This document shows positions 46,529 through 55,440 of a DNA stretch of 64,000 bases, one piece after another. Origin of the DNA: Verrucomicrobiota bacterium (lineage in GTDB: Bacteria > Verrucomicrobiota > Verrucomicrobiia > Limisphaerales > UBA11358); contig JBEKON010000001.1 of NCBI GenBank assembly GCA_049521735.1, positions 16,351 to 80,350 of the forward strand. Direction: 5' to 3'. Under the pieces are notes generated by a model. It was not told where the DNA came from, did no database searches, and was given only the letters and a program-made list of their open reading frames with translations. The translations under genes were made by a program, and so were the position numbers. How positions within the stretch are numbered: position 1 is the first letter of the stretch; every line of letters starts with the position of its first letter.

Positions 46529-47737
46529 TCAATTCTTTTTGTTCACCGCGCCGAGCCGGAGAATGCGGCATACCGAACGCGCGATCATAAGCTCCTCGTC
46601 CGTGCGAATGACGCGAACCGTGACCCGGCTGGCGTCCGTGGAAATCACCCCCGCACCCTCCATATTGCGTGCCTTGTTTATTTCGACACCGAGGAAATCA
46701 AGTCGTTCACAGATGCGCGCACGGACGAGAGGCGCATTTTCGCCGATGCCCCCGGCGAAGACGAGCGTGTCCAAGCCACCGAGCGCTGCGGCGAACGAAC
46801 CGATCCATTTTTTCGCCTGATAGCAAAACAGCGCCACCGCTTCCGCCGCCCGCACGTCCTTTTTTTCATGCTCAAGCAGGTCGCGCATATCCGAGCTGGT
46901 TTCCGAAACGCCGAGCAGGCCCGACTCGTGATTGACCATTTTGTAAAACTGGCTGGTGGTCATTTGCTCGGTGCGCGCCAAATAAGGTGCCAAGCCTGGG
47001 TCCAAATTGCCGGAGCGGGTGCTCATCACCAGTCCCGCCGTCGGCGTGAAGCACATGCTCGTATCAATGCTTTTACCGTCGCGCACGGCGGCCATGCTTG
47101 CGCCATTGCCGAGATGCGCGAGGATCACACGGCCCTTCGATGCCGCCGGGTCGCCGAGACGCGCGAGTTCTTCCATCAAATAGGCATAGGACAAACCGTG
47201 AAAACCATAGCGTTGAATCCCCTTTGCGTCGAAGCGCCGTGGAATCGGCAGCAGCTTGGCCACACGCGGCATGGTTTGGTGAAACGCCGTGTCAAAACAG
47301 GCCACCTGGGACAGTTTCGGATAACGCTGGCGGAACGTTTCGATTAACTCAATCTCTCGCGGCAGATGATCCGGGTCGTTCGGGCTGATGCGACGCAGTT
47401 CATCCAATAGTTTTTTTGTGACAATCTCAGGCTCGGTATGTTTCATGCCGTGGACTACTCGATGTCCCACGGCTTTGACCGACGCAAAATGATTTTGTTT
47501 TTCGAGCCAGTCTATCAGGGAATTTGCCGCTGATTTGTGATCGGCAGCGGCGAGGTTGCGGCTCTCAGGCTGTTTCTTCGTCGGTGCATTGAACGTCAGA
47601 TTCGTCCCGCTTAGGCCGATGCGGTCAACCTTTCCATGAAGCCCGCGCTTCAGCGGTTCTTCGACTTGGTAGAGCGCGAACTTGATGCTCGACGAGCCGC
47701 CATTGATGGTGAGGATCTGTGCGTTATTTGGTTTCAT
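46529..47737 (-). CDS. ackA: acetate kinase
   Basis: ILTINGGSSSIKFALY, GHRVVHG and AFHQTMP motifs. Start at ATG 47737 (alternative 47755). Confidence 0.95.
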   Translation of the reverse strand: MKPNNAQILTINGGSSSIKFALYQVEEPLKRGLHGKVDRIGLSGTNLTFNAPTKKQPESRNLAAADHKSAANSLIDWLEKQNHFASVKAVGHRVVHGMKHTEPEIVTKKLLDELRRISPNDPDHLPREIELIETFRQRYPKLSQVACFDTAFHQTMPRVAKLLPIPRRFDAKGIQRYGFHGLSYAYLMEELARLGDPAASKGRVILAHLGNGASMAAVRDGKSIDTSMCFTPTAGLVMSTRSGNLDPGLAPYLARTEQMTTSQFYKMVNHESGLLGVSETSSDMRDLLEHEKKDVRAAEAVALFCYQAKKWIGSFAAALGGLDTLVFAGGIGENAPLVRARICERLDFLGVEINKARNMEGAGVISTDASRVTVRVIRTDEELMIARSVCRILRLGAVNKKN

Positions 47738-48371
47738 GAATGATTCCTTCGTCATTCTGCAATCCGAACGAAGCCAGTTTCGCGCATGTGGACCTGTAAT
47801 CCGTGTGAAGAATGCTTCGAATCCCCAAACCTTCCGCGACTTGGACGAACATCGGGGTGTTTTCGATATAGACCACCTGCCGGGCCGGCGCTTGGGCGAT
47901 GTTCAGCGTAAGCCGAAAGATGTCCGCGTCGGGCTTGCGGAAGTGGACGAAGCAGGAGGAAATGAACAAATCTACAAACTCATCCAGCTTGAACTTTCGA
48001 ATCCGATACGCATTCAGTTCGCGCCCTTCGTTGCTGACCACGGAGATCTTCAATCCATACCGTGCCTTAAGCCGGCGGACCAACTCGATCATCTCGGGAT
48101 AAGGTTTCGACTGCGCGAACATGAAGCGACAAAATTGAGCCCGGGTGAATGGTCGCTTCTGGTAAAAGACCACCCGGCCTAAATATTCTTCCAGCGTGAG
48201 CTTGCCCAACTCGTAAGTGTCAAAGTTCAGGCTATGCCGCTGTTCCATTTCGGCCCAGTTCAGCTTGAAGTACTTCGCCGCTCGCCGGCGGGCATGATGA
48301 TCCCAGCCGTTGGTGAGCAGGACACCGCCGATATCCAGAAACAATGCCGTGATTGGTGCGCTTCTTTTCAT
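47724..48371 (-). CDS. HAD-superfamily hydrolase
   Basis: Motif I LFLDIGGVLLTNGWD, with later SNEGRELN and F(R)KPD motifs. It overlaps its neighbours at both ends. Confidence 0.8.
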   Translation of the reverse strand: MKRSAPITALFLDIGGVLLTNGWDHHARRRAAKYFKLNWAEMEQRHSLNFDTYELGKLTLEEYLGRVVFYQKRPFTRAQFCRFMFAQSKPYPEMIELVRRLKARYGLKISVVSNEGRELNAYRIRKFKLDEFVDLFISSCFVHFRKPDADIFRLTLNIAQAPARQVVYIENTPMFVQVAEGLGIRSILHTDYRSTCAKLASFGLQNDEGIIHETK

Positions 48372-48568
48372 TTGGCCGGGAGAGGGGAAGTCTGGGGAAT
48401 TGGCTTCGTCATTGCCTGGTACATCATTTCCTCGCTGAAGAACGGTTGACCATACAGTTCATACCCGCCGCTTAGTTTTTCGTTAACTTTCCGCGCCAGA
48501 TCGTCATGGGTTGCGGCATCGGCGTGGAAAGGCACCGCGATGATTATATATTCGATCGGAGTTTTCAT
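48368..48568 (-). CDS. small hypothetical protein (66 aa)
   Basis: ATG start. Its stop overlaps the HAD start as ATGA. No family recognised. Confidence 0.45.
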   Translation of the reverse strand: MKTPIEYIIIAVPFHADAATHDDLARKVNEKLSGGYELYGQPFFSEEMMYQAMTKPIPQTSPLPAK

Positions 48569-48595
48569 GTTATGTTGAGTCCTGTCGCTATAAGA

Positions 48596-51142
48596 TTATC
48601 GCTGCCACAGCATGTGAGTGGCTTCCAAGGGAACCGCCACGCCGTCGCAGTACGGTATTACTCGCGCCGTATAGTCGGCTGGTGGGCGCGCCGCAGATAC
48701 GGTCGCACTGTAAGCGTAGCCGCCCGGCGAGCCGGCCAGTGGACGAACAAGCTTCATCTCCTGTCGCACCGGGCTGCCACCGTCAACTCCGTCGGCATAA
48801 AGCTCCACCCGCACTGCCTTCGGGTCGAGGTCGTTGAAATAGATTTGGGTCTCAAATACATGCTGTTCACCTTTGGTCTCCACTTTTAATTCGCCAAAGC
48901 GCATCGCGGCCCATTTCTGTTCCAGACTATGCCGCCAATCCACCATTTGCCTGCCGATGGCGCCTTTGTTGGCAACGCGCGATTGGTAGGCGGCAGCCGC
49001 CGGGAGATAGTGTTGCTCGGTGTATTCGCGCACCGTGCGATCAGCGGAGAAGCGCGGGGTCAACCGCGCCATGCTTTCCCGCATCCGCGCGACCCAAGCG
49101 GTAGGGATGTCTTTTTCGTTGCGGGTATAAAACTCGGGAATCACCTCGCGTTCGAGCAAGTCGTAGAGCGCCTCAGCTTCGGCCGCGTCCCAGGATGGAT
49201 CGCTGTCATGCTCCTGACCGTCGCCCAGCGCCCAACCCAGATCCGGGACATAGGCTGCGGCCCACCAGCCGTCCAATTCCGATAGATTGATGCCGCCGTT
49301 GACAAGCACCTTCATGCCGCTCGTGCCGCACGCTTCCCACGGTCGCCGTGGCGTGTTGATCCAGACATCCACGCCCTGCACCAGTCGCCCGGTCAAATGC
49401 ATGTCGTAGTCACTGAGGAAAATCGCATGAGGACGGACCTCGGGTTGGCGAATGAATTGTATCCATTTCTGGATCAGGGCTTGTCCCGCCAAGTCTGCGG
49501 GATGAGCCTTACCCGCAATGATGAGTTGCACCGGCCGCTGCGGATTCGATAACAGGCGAAGCAGTCGCTCCGGGTCGTGCAGTAGCAGATTTGGTCTTTT
49601 GTAGGTCGCAAAGCGCCGCGCAAAACCCAGTGTCAACGCATTAGGATCGAAGAGATGCTTTGCCTTCTCAACCGTCTCGGACGACGCGCCGGCGGCGGTA
49701 TAGTGCCGGGCCAGACGCTCGCGAGCGTATTCAACCAGAGACTTGCTGGTGGCGATGCGAAATTGCCAAAGGCTGTCGTCAGAGACGTGGCGAATGTCCT
49801 GCTCCAAAGTTTCCGTTTTCCCCAGCCAGCGGTCTTTTCCACAAGCCTTGGTCCAAAGCTCATCAGCGGCCGCCGAGTCCCAAGTTGGCATGTGAACTCC
49901 GTTGGTCACATGGCCGACGGGCACTTCGTCCTGCGGCCAGTGGGGAAAGAGCGGCTCAAAAAGATGCCGGCTAACTTGCCCATGCAAGAGACTCACGCCA
50001 TTCACCGCCCCGCTGCCGCGGATGGCCAGATACGCCATGTTGAAACTCTCCGACGCGTCGTTCGGATTCTGGCGGCCCAGAGCCAGCAAATCGTGGAGTT
50101 TTATACCGAGCTTCTGCTCGGCATAACCACCGAGGTATTGCTCGATGAGCGCCGGAGTGAAACGGTCAAACCCGGCGGCCACCGCCGTGTGGGTGGTGAA
50201 GAGATTCCCCGCCCGCGTGGCGGCCAATGCCACTTCAAAAGGCTGCGCATTTTCCTGCATGAAACTGCGGGCACGCTCCAACACGGCAAAGGCGGCATGA
50301 CCTTCATTCAAGTGACAGACATCCGGCTTGATGCCGAGTGCCGCGAGCAGTCGCCAGCCGCCAATTCCAAGCAGCATTTCCTGCAAGAGGCGCAACTCCG
50401 GCCCGCCTCCATAAAGCTCGCTGGTAATTCCGCGATGAGCAGGAAAGTTAGCCGCGTCATTGCTATCCAGCAGGTAAAGTTTCACCCGACCGACTTGAAC
50501 CTGCCAGGCGCGCAGCCAGACCGAGTAGCCAGGCAAAGTGATCTCCAACCGTAACCACTCGCTGTTCGCTTGGCGCAACGGTGTGATCGGCAACTGTCCG
50601 GGGTCGTTATACGGATAAAGGGCTTGTTGCGCTCCGTCCTTGTCAATCACCTGACGAAAATAGCCTTGTTGGTAGAGCAGCCCCACACCGACCACCGGCA
50701 CACCCAGATCGCTGGCGGCTTTGAGTTGGTCACCGGCCACATTGCCCAGCCCGCCTGAGTAAATGGGCAACGCCTCGCTCAACATATATTCCATGCTGAA
50801 ATATGCGACACACTTCAAAGGAGACTGCGGGTGATTTTGCTGAAACCACGCGGGTGCCTCCGCCGCCTGACGCTTGGCTCGAAGCAGGTCATCCACGTTC
50901 TTGCGGAAGGCGGGATCTCCCAGCACGCGCTGGAGTTTGTCCTTCGAGACAGTCTGCAGGACCACCCAGGGGTTTTGAGTGAACTCCCACAGCGCGGGAT
51001 CAAGCTGCCGCCACACATCATCGGTAGCGTGATTCCACGACCAGCGCAGGTCCAGCGCCAGCTCTGCCAGGGAATTGAATCCTTCGACATTCGCAGTTAA
51101 AGAACTATCGATCGGCTTGCTGACCGGTGTTGGTTTATTCAT
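48596..51142 (-). CDS. glgP: alpha-glucan (glycogen/maltodextrin) phosphorylase, GT35 long bacterial form
   Basis: SLAELALDLRWSWNH N-terminus, YFSMEYML...GGLGNVAGD, and the PLP region TSGMKVLVNGG. Confidence 0.9.
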   Translation of the reverse strand: MNKPTPVSKPIDSSLTANVEGFNSLAELALDLRWSWNHATDDVWRQLDPALWEFTQNPWVVLQTVSKDKLQRVLGDPAFRKNVDDLLRAKRQAAEAPAWFQQNHPQSPLKCVAYFSMEYMLSEALPIYSGGLGNVAGDQLKAASDLGVPVVGVGLLYQQGYFRQVIDKDGAQQALYPYNDPGQLPITPLRQANSEWLRLEITLPGYSVWLRAWQVQVGRVKLYLLDSNDAANFPAHRGITSELYGGGPELRLLQEMLLGIGGWRLLAALGIKPDVCHLNEGHAAFAVLERARSFMQENAQPFEVALAATRAGNLFTTHTAVAAGFDRFTPALIEQYLGGYAEQKLGIKLHDLLALGRQNPNDASESFNMAYLAIRGSGAVNGVSLLHGQVSRHLFEPLFPHWPQDEVPVGHVTNGVHMPTWDSAAADELWTKACGKDRWLGKTETLEQDIRHVSDDSLWQFRIATSKSLVEYARERLARHYTAAGASSETVEKAKHLFDPNALTLGFARRFATYKRPNLLLHDPERLLRLLSNPQRPVQLIIAGKAHPADLAGQALIQKWIQFIRQPEVRPHAIFLSDYDMHLTGRLVQGVDVWINTPRRPWEACGTSGMKVLVNGGINLSELDGWWAAAYVPDLGWALGDGQEHDSDPSWDAAEAEALYDLLEREVIPEFYTRNEKDIPTAWVARMRESMARLTPRFSADRTVREYTEQHYLPAAAAYQSRVANKGAIGRQMVDWRHSLEQKWAAMRFGELKVETKGEQHVFETQIYFNDLDPKAVRVELYADGVDGGSPVRQEMKLVRPLAGSPGGYAYSATVSAARPPADYTARVIPYCDGVAVPLEATHMLWQR

Positions 51143-52833
51143 GGCTTTTTCTTTCGTTTTGGCTTGGACGAAATCACCGGCTTCGGTGGTGACACCGCCA
51201 AACCAGCGTTGATGATTATCCGGGCTTCCGCCAGGATGCGGTGCAGATGCTCCTCTCCATGGAAGCTCTCGGCATAAATTTTATAGATGTCCTCGGTGCC
51301 GGACGGACGCGCCGCGAACCAGCCGCTTTCTGCCACCACTTTCAACCCGCCGATGGGCGCATCGTTGCCCGGCGCATGGGTGAGGATAGTCTTGATTTTT
51401 TCGCCCGCCAACTCGGTGAGCTTTACCTGCTGCGGTGAAAGTTTCGCCAACCGCTCCTTTTGTTCCGGAGTGGCTGGGGCATCAACACGGTCATAGGCAG
51501 GCTCACCAAACTTGTGCGTTAGTTCGTGATAGTTTTCTCCGGGATCGCGGCCCGTGCGCGCGGTGCTCTCCGCTGCGAGCAAACAGGGAATGAATCCGTC
51601 CTTGTCCGTCGTCCAGACGCTGCCATCCAGACGGAGGAAAACCGAACCCGCGCTCTCCTCCCCGGCAAATCCCAGCGAACCATCAAGCAAGCCATCCACG
51701 AACCACTTGAAACCAACCGGCACCTCGAAGAGCTTTCGTCCAAGCTTGGCGGTGATCCGGTCAATCATCTGGCTGCTCACGATTGTTTTTCCAACGGCCG
51801 CCGATTTGGACCACTTCGGCCGGTTCTGAAAAAGATAGAAAATCGCCGCGCAGAGGTCGTGATTGGGCGGCAGCAATCCTCCGCCTTTGGTGACAATCCC
51901 ATGCCGGTCATGGTCAGTGTCGCAGGCGAACGAGAGATCAAAACGGTCCTTCATCCCGATCAGCCGCTGCATCGCATAGGGCGAGGACGGGTCCATGCGA
52001 ATCTGGCCATCCCAATCCACCGTCATGAACCGAAAGGTGGGATCAACCGTCTTGTCGACCACCGTCAGGTTCAGACCATGTCGCTCCGCGGTCCGCGCCC
52101 AGTAATGGACGCCGGCACCGCCCAGCGGATCAACACCCAGATGGATCTTCGCGCTGCGAATGATGTCCAAATCAATAACATTGCCGAGGTCATTGACGTA
52201 GGCGGTAAGATAATCGTGCCGATGCGTCGTCGAGACACGCAGAGCCTGCTCGTGGGGAATGCGGTTCACTCCTTTGAGCCGGGCTTCGAGCAGCGCGTTC
52301 GCCTTTGCCTCAATCCAACCGGTGACGACCGTGTCTGCCGGCCCGCCATTGGGCGGGTTATATTTGAAGCCCCCGTCATGCGGCGGATTATGCGAAGGTG
52401 TGACGACAATCCCGTCGGCGAGTCCCTTTTTGCGCCCGCGATTGTAAGTCAGGATCGCATGGGAAATCACCGGGGTCGGCGTGTATTTGTCTCCTTCGGC
52501 AAGCATCACCTCGACGCCATTGGCCGCCAGCACCTCCAGCGCGGTGTCGCAGGCCGGAACGGAAAGCGCGTGCGTGTCTATGCCAAGATACAACGGGCCG
52601 GAGATGTTTCGCCGCTTGCGATACAGGCAAATCGCCTGGGTGATCGCGAGGATGTGCCATTCATTGAAAGCCAACTTGAACGGCGAGCCGCGATGCCCGG
52701 AGGTGCCAAACGCCACGCGTTGGGCCGGCACCGAAGGGTCGGGTACCTCGGTATAGTAAGCCGTAATGAGCTGCGGCACATTGATGAGTATTCCGGGTGG
52801 TGCCGGTTTTCCGGCCAAGGGGCTTATTTTCAC
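51139..52833 (-). CDS. pgm: phosphoglucomutase (alpha-D-glucose phosphate-specific)
   Basis: FGTSGHRGS active-site serine loop, GIVVTPSHNPP and DTDHDRHGIV. Start reassigned to GTG 52833 (VKISPLAGKPAPP..., preceded by GAAGGAAG). This gives a GTGA overlap with the rpiB stop. The stop overlaps the glgP ATG as ATGA. Confidence 0.9.
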   Translation of the reverse strand: MKISPLAGKPAPPGILINVPQLITAYYTEVPDPSVPAQRVAFGTSGHRGSPFKLAFNEWHILAITQAICLYRKRRNISGPLYLGIDTHALSVPACDTALEVLAANGVEVMLAEGDKYTPTPVISHAILTYNRGRKKGLADGIVVTPSHNPPHDGGFKYNPPNGGPADTVVTGWIEAKANALLEARLKGVNRIPHEQALRVSTTHRHDYLTAYVNDLGNVIDLDIIRSAKIHLGVDPLGGAGVHYWARTAERHGLNLTVVDKTVDPTFRFMTVDWDGQIRMDPSSPYAMQRLIGMKDRFDLSFACDTDHDRHGIVTKGGGLLPPNHDLCAAIFYLFQNRPKWSKSAAVGKTIVSSQMIDRITAKLGRKLFEVPVGFKWFVDGLLDGSLGFAGEESAGSVFLRLDGSVWTTDKDGFIPCLLAAESTARTGRDPGENYHELTHKFGEPAYDRVDAPATPEQKERLAKLSPQQVKLTELAGEKIKTILTHAPGNDAPIGGLKVVAESGWFAARPSGTEDIYKIYAESFHGEEHLHRILAEARIIINAGLAVSPPKPVISSKPKRKKKP

Positions 52834-53405
52834 AGTGCTTCCTTCGGTGGTTTGTTTTCGAGTTCCGTTACTTTCGCCAGACGGCGACGATGCCGCTCCG
52901 CACCGCTGAAGCGCGCGGCGAGAAATGTTTGAACCAATTCCCAAGCGAGTGCGTGACCGACTACAAGTCCCCCCAGGCAGATCATGTTCAGATTGTCGTC
53001 CTCGACGCCTTGGTGCGCTGAAAAATTTTCGTGAATCAAACTCGCACGCACACCCGCCACTTTGTTCGCGCAGACCGATGCTCCCACTCCGCTGCCGCAA
53101 ATGGCGATGCCGCGCTCCACCTCTCTGCAGGCTACTGCACGGGCCAGCAGCACGACAAAATCCGGATAATCATCGTCCAACTTCGGCTGTTGGTCCCCGA
53201 AATCGATCACTTCATGACCGGCTTTGCGCAACTTTCCGACGAGTTGTTCCTTCAATTCAAATCCGCCATGGTCGGCGGCGATGCCGATGCGTTGGCGCGT
53301 TCTCGTCAATCCCGTCAGCGGCTTATCGCTGGTGCATTCACTGATGGCGCTCCCACGTCTCCGGCTTGGTGCGGTTGAGGATTTCTTTGGCATGGGTTGT
53401 ATCAT
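52830..53405 (-). CDS. rpiB: ribose-5-phosphate isomerase B (RpiB/LacA/LacB family) with about 40-aa N-terminal extension
   Basis: IGIAADHGGFELKEQL and CGSGVGASVCANKVAGVRA motifs. Confidence 0.85.
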   Translation of the reverse strand: MIQPMPKKSSTAPSRRRGSAISECTSDKPLTGLTRTRQRIGIAADHGGFELKEQLVGKLRKAGHEVIDFGDQQPKLDDDYPDFVVLLARAVACREVERGIAICGSGVGASVCANKVAGVRASLIHENFSAHQGVEDDNLNMICLGGLVVGHALAWELVQTFLAARFSGAERHRRRLAKVTELENKPPKEAL

Positions 53406-53474
53406 TCATGGAGCCGTGGGCAATGACAATGGCCATGATACGCCGGCGTGGGGGCTTCTCTATGGGGTATAACC

Positions 53475-55433
53475 CTACTCTTCATGTTCGGTTTCACAGG
53501 GGCTGTTGACGCATAAGTCCATCGGAGAACCATTTTCTTCGTTGGCGACAGAATTGCGCTTCAACCAAACCGCCAAAATTCCAATGTCGGCGGGCGAAAC
53601 ACCGGAAATACGGGCGGCTTGGCCGATGGTTGCGGGCCGAATTTTAGTGAGCTTTTGGCAGGCTTCAGGGCGAAGACTTGGCACTGTGGAAAAATCGAAT
53701 GTGTCGGGGATAAGCTTATCTTCCAAGCTCTTGAATTTTTCAACCTCGGTTTTTTGACGTTCAATATATCCGGCATATTTGACTGCAATTTCGACTTGCT
53801 GGATTATTTCGTCGGGCAAAGTTTCACGTCTGCCGGACAAATCCCTGTAAGCTACTCCAGGCCGACTTAATAATTTTGCCAAAGTCTCTGAACCAGAACG
53901 TGTTGTATACATTCGATTGAGTTCATTGGCAATAGCTTGTCGCTTGGCGTGAAATTTTTTGTAATTACGATCTGGCAAAAGGCCAATCTCATGACCGACC
54001 TCAGAAAGACGCAAGTCAGCGTTATCCTGACGGAGCAGCAGACGAAACTCTGCGCGAGAAGTGAACATCCGATAAGGCTCAGTTGTTCCCTTTGTGACCA
54101 AATCATCAATCAAAACACCGATGTATGCCTGATCGCGCCGCAAGATGATTGGATTAAGCCCTTTGACTCGTCTCGCCGCATTAATTCCAGCCATAAGCCC
54201 TTGACCTCCAGCCTCTTCGTACCCTGAAGTGCCATTGATCTGCCCGGCCAAAAATAAATTGCGGCAGACTTTTGTTTCCAACGTCGGCAGTAATTGCGTT
54301 GGATAAACGAGATCGTATTCTACAGCGTAGGCCGGACGAATGATTTCGGCATTTTCGCACCCGATAATTGTTCGAACCAACTCAACTTGCACTTCAAAAG
54401 GAAGACTGGTTGAAAAACCATTTACATATATTTCTTCAGTTTTTATTCCTTCGGGTTCTAAAAAAATCTGATGCCGTTCTTTATTGCTGAACCGCACAAT
54501 CTTGTCTTCTATTGACGGGCAGTATCTCGGCCCAACACCTTCAATGACACCAGAATACAACGGCGATTTGTGAAGATTTTTTCGAATTAATTTAGCTGTT
54601 TCCTGCGTCGTGTAAGTGATGTGACAGGGCATTTGACCGTTAAGTTGGTCGAGAATTGATCCCGGTGGATATTTCCCTTTTGACAAACCATTCGTTGGTT
54701 GCTTTGGACGATTTTGTTCCATGTGGAACAAATCATCCTTCCAGTAAGTAAAGTATGGGACCGGTTCGTCGCCAGGTTGTGCTTCGGTTTTGGAAAAATC
54801 AATTGAACGACGAAGCAAACGCGGTGGGGTCCCTGTCTTAAAACGGCCAAGTTCCAAACCGAGTTCCTGAAGCGACGATGAAAGGCTCATCGCAGCCACA
54901 TCACCCGCACGTCCCCCGGTTTGTTGATTTGATCCGATGTGCATTAAGCCCATCAAAAAAGTCCCCGTCGTGACGACGACAGTCTTTCCATAAAATTGGA
55001 CCTCCAAGGTTGTTTCTATTCCAAACGCTTCTCCATCCTTATGTAGAATTTTTGACGCCTGGCCTTGTTTAACGTCAAGATTTGGCTCTGTCTCACAAAC
55101 CCATTTAAGTCTGAATTGGTAGGCTTTTTTATCGCATTGAGCGCGTGGCGCCCAAACCGCCGGACCCTTTTTCAAATTTAACATTCGAAATTGAAGTCCA
55201 GTCATGTCTGTATTTTTTCCCATCTCTCCACCGAGCGCATCAATTTCGCGAGCCAAGTGTCCTTTTGCCAGCCCGCCAATTGCCGGGTTACAGGACATCT
55301 GGCCAATCGTGTCAACGTTCATGGTCAAAAGGAGTGTTTGGCAGCCCATTCGAGCTGCGGCCAGTGCTGCCTCAACTCCAGCGTGACCAGCGCCAACCAC
55401 AATAACGTCGTATTGCTTTGGATAAACAAACAT
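53475..55433 (-). CDS. mnmG: tRNA uridine 5-carboxymethylaminomethyl modification enzyme MnmG (GidA)
   Basis: YDVIVVGAGHAGVEAALAAARMG, CNPAIGGLAKGHL and GQINGTSGYEEA motifs. Confidence 0.95.
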   Translation of the reverse strand: MFVYPKQYDVIVVGAGHAGVEAALAAARMGCQTLLLTMNVDTIGQMSCNPAIGGLAKGHLAREIDALGGEMGKNTDMTGLQFRMLNLKKGPAVWAPRAQCDKKAYQFRLKWVCETEPNLDVKQGQASKILHKDGEAFGIETTLEVQFYGKTVVVTTGTFLMGLMHIGSNQQTGGRAGDVAAMSLSSSLQELGLELGRFKTGTPPRLLRRSIDFSKTEAQPGDEPVPYFTYWKDDLFHMEQNRPKQPTNGLSKGKYPPGSILDQLNGQMPCHITYTTQETAKLIRKNLHKSPLYSGVIEGVGPRYCPSIEDKIVRFSNKERHQIFLEPEGIKTEEIYVNGFSTSLPFEVQVELVRTIIGCENAEIIRPAYAVEYDLVYPTQLLPTLETKVCRNLFLAGQINGTSGYEEAGGQGLMAGINAARRVKGLNPIILRRDQAYIGVLIDDLVTKGTTEPYRMFTSRAEFRLLLRQDNADLRLSEVGHEIGLLPDRNYKKFHAKRQAIANELNRMYTTRSGSETLAKLLSRPGVAYRDLSGRRETLPDEIIQQVEIAVKYAGYIERQKTEVEKFKSLEDKLIPDTFDFSTVPSLRPEACQKLTKIRPATIGQAARISGVSPADIGILAVWLKRNSVANEENGSPMDLCVNSPCETEHEE

Positions 55434-55440
55434 GAAAAAA

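Noticed and set aside
45386-47347. 653-aa plus-strand ORF, plus similar long ORFs at 1878..2927, 3080..4195, 9823..10545, 10927..11892, 15180..16322, 18481..19329, 19591..20457, 29106..30227, 38925..39827, 43047..43859, 49655..50554 and 51526..52932 on the plus strand, and 22922..23980 and 35210..35887 on the minus strand
   Set aside because: Each lies antisense to a gene with strong conserved motifs (xfp/ackA, pgm, glgP, feoB, thrS and others). Each has low-complexity, Arg/His/Gly-rich composition without motifs.
51139-53100. Long form of the pgm ORF (653 aa), and the long forms of the pntAB-membrane, GT2, aldolase, pgi and hydrolase ORFs
   Set aside because: The N-terminal extensions are Arg/Ser-rich, overlap the upstream genes and lack similarity to the family N-termini. 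Internal starts restore canonical N-termini and give ATGA, GTGA or TAATG couplings.
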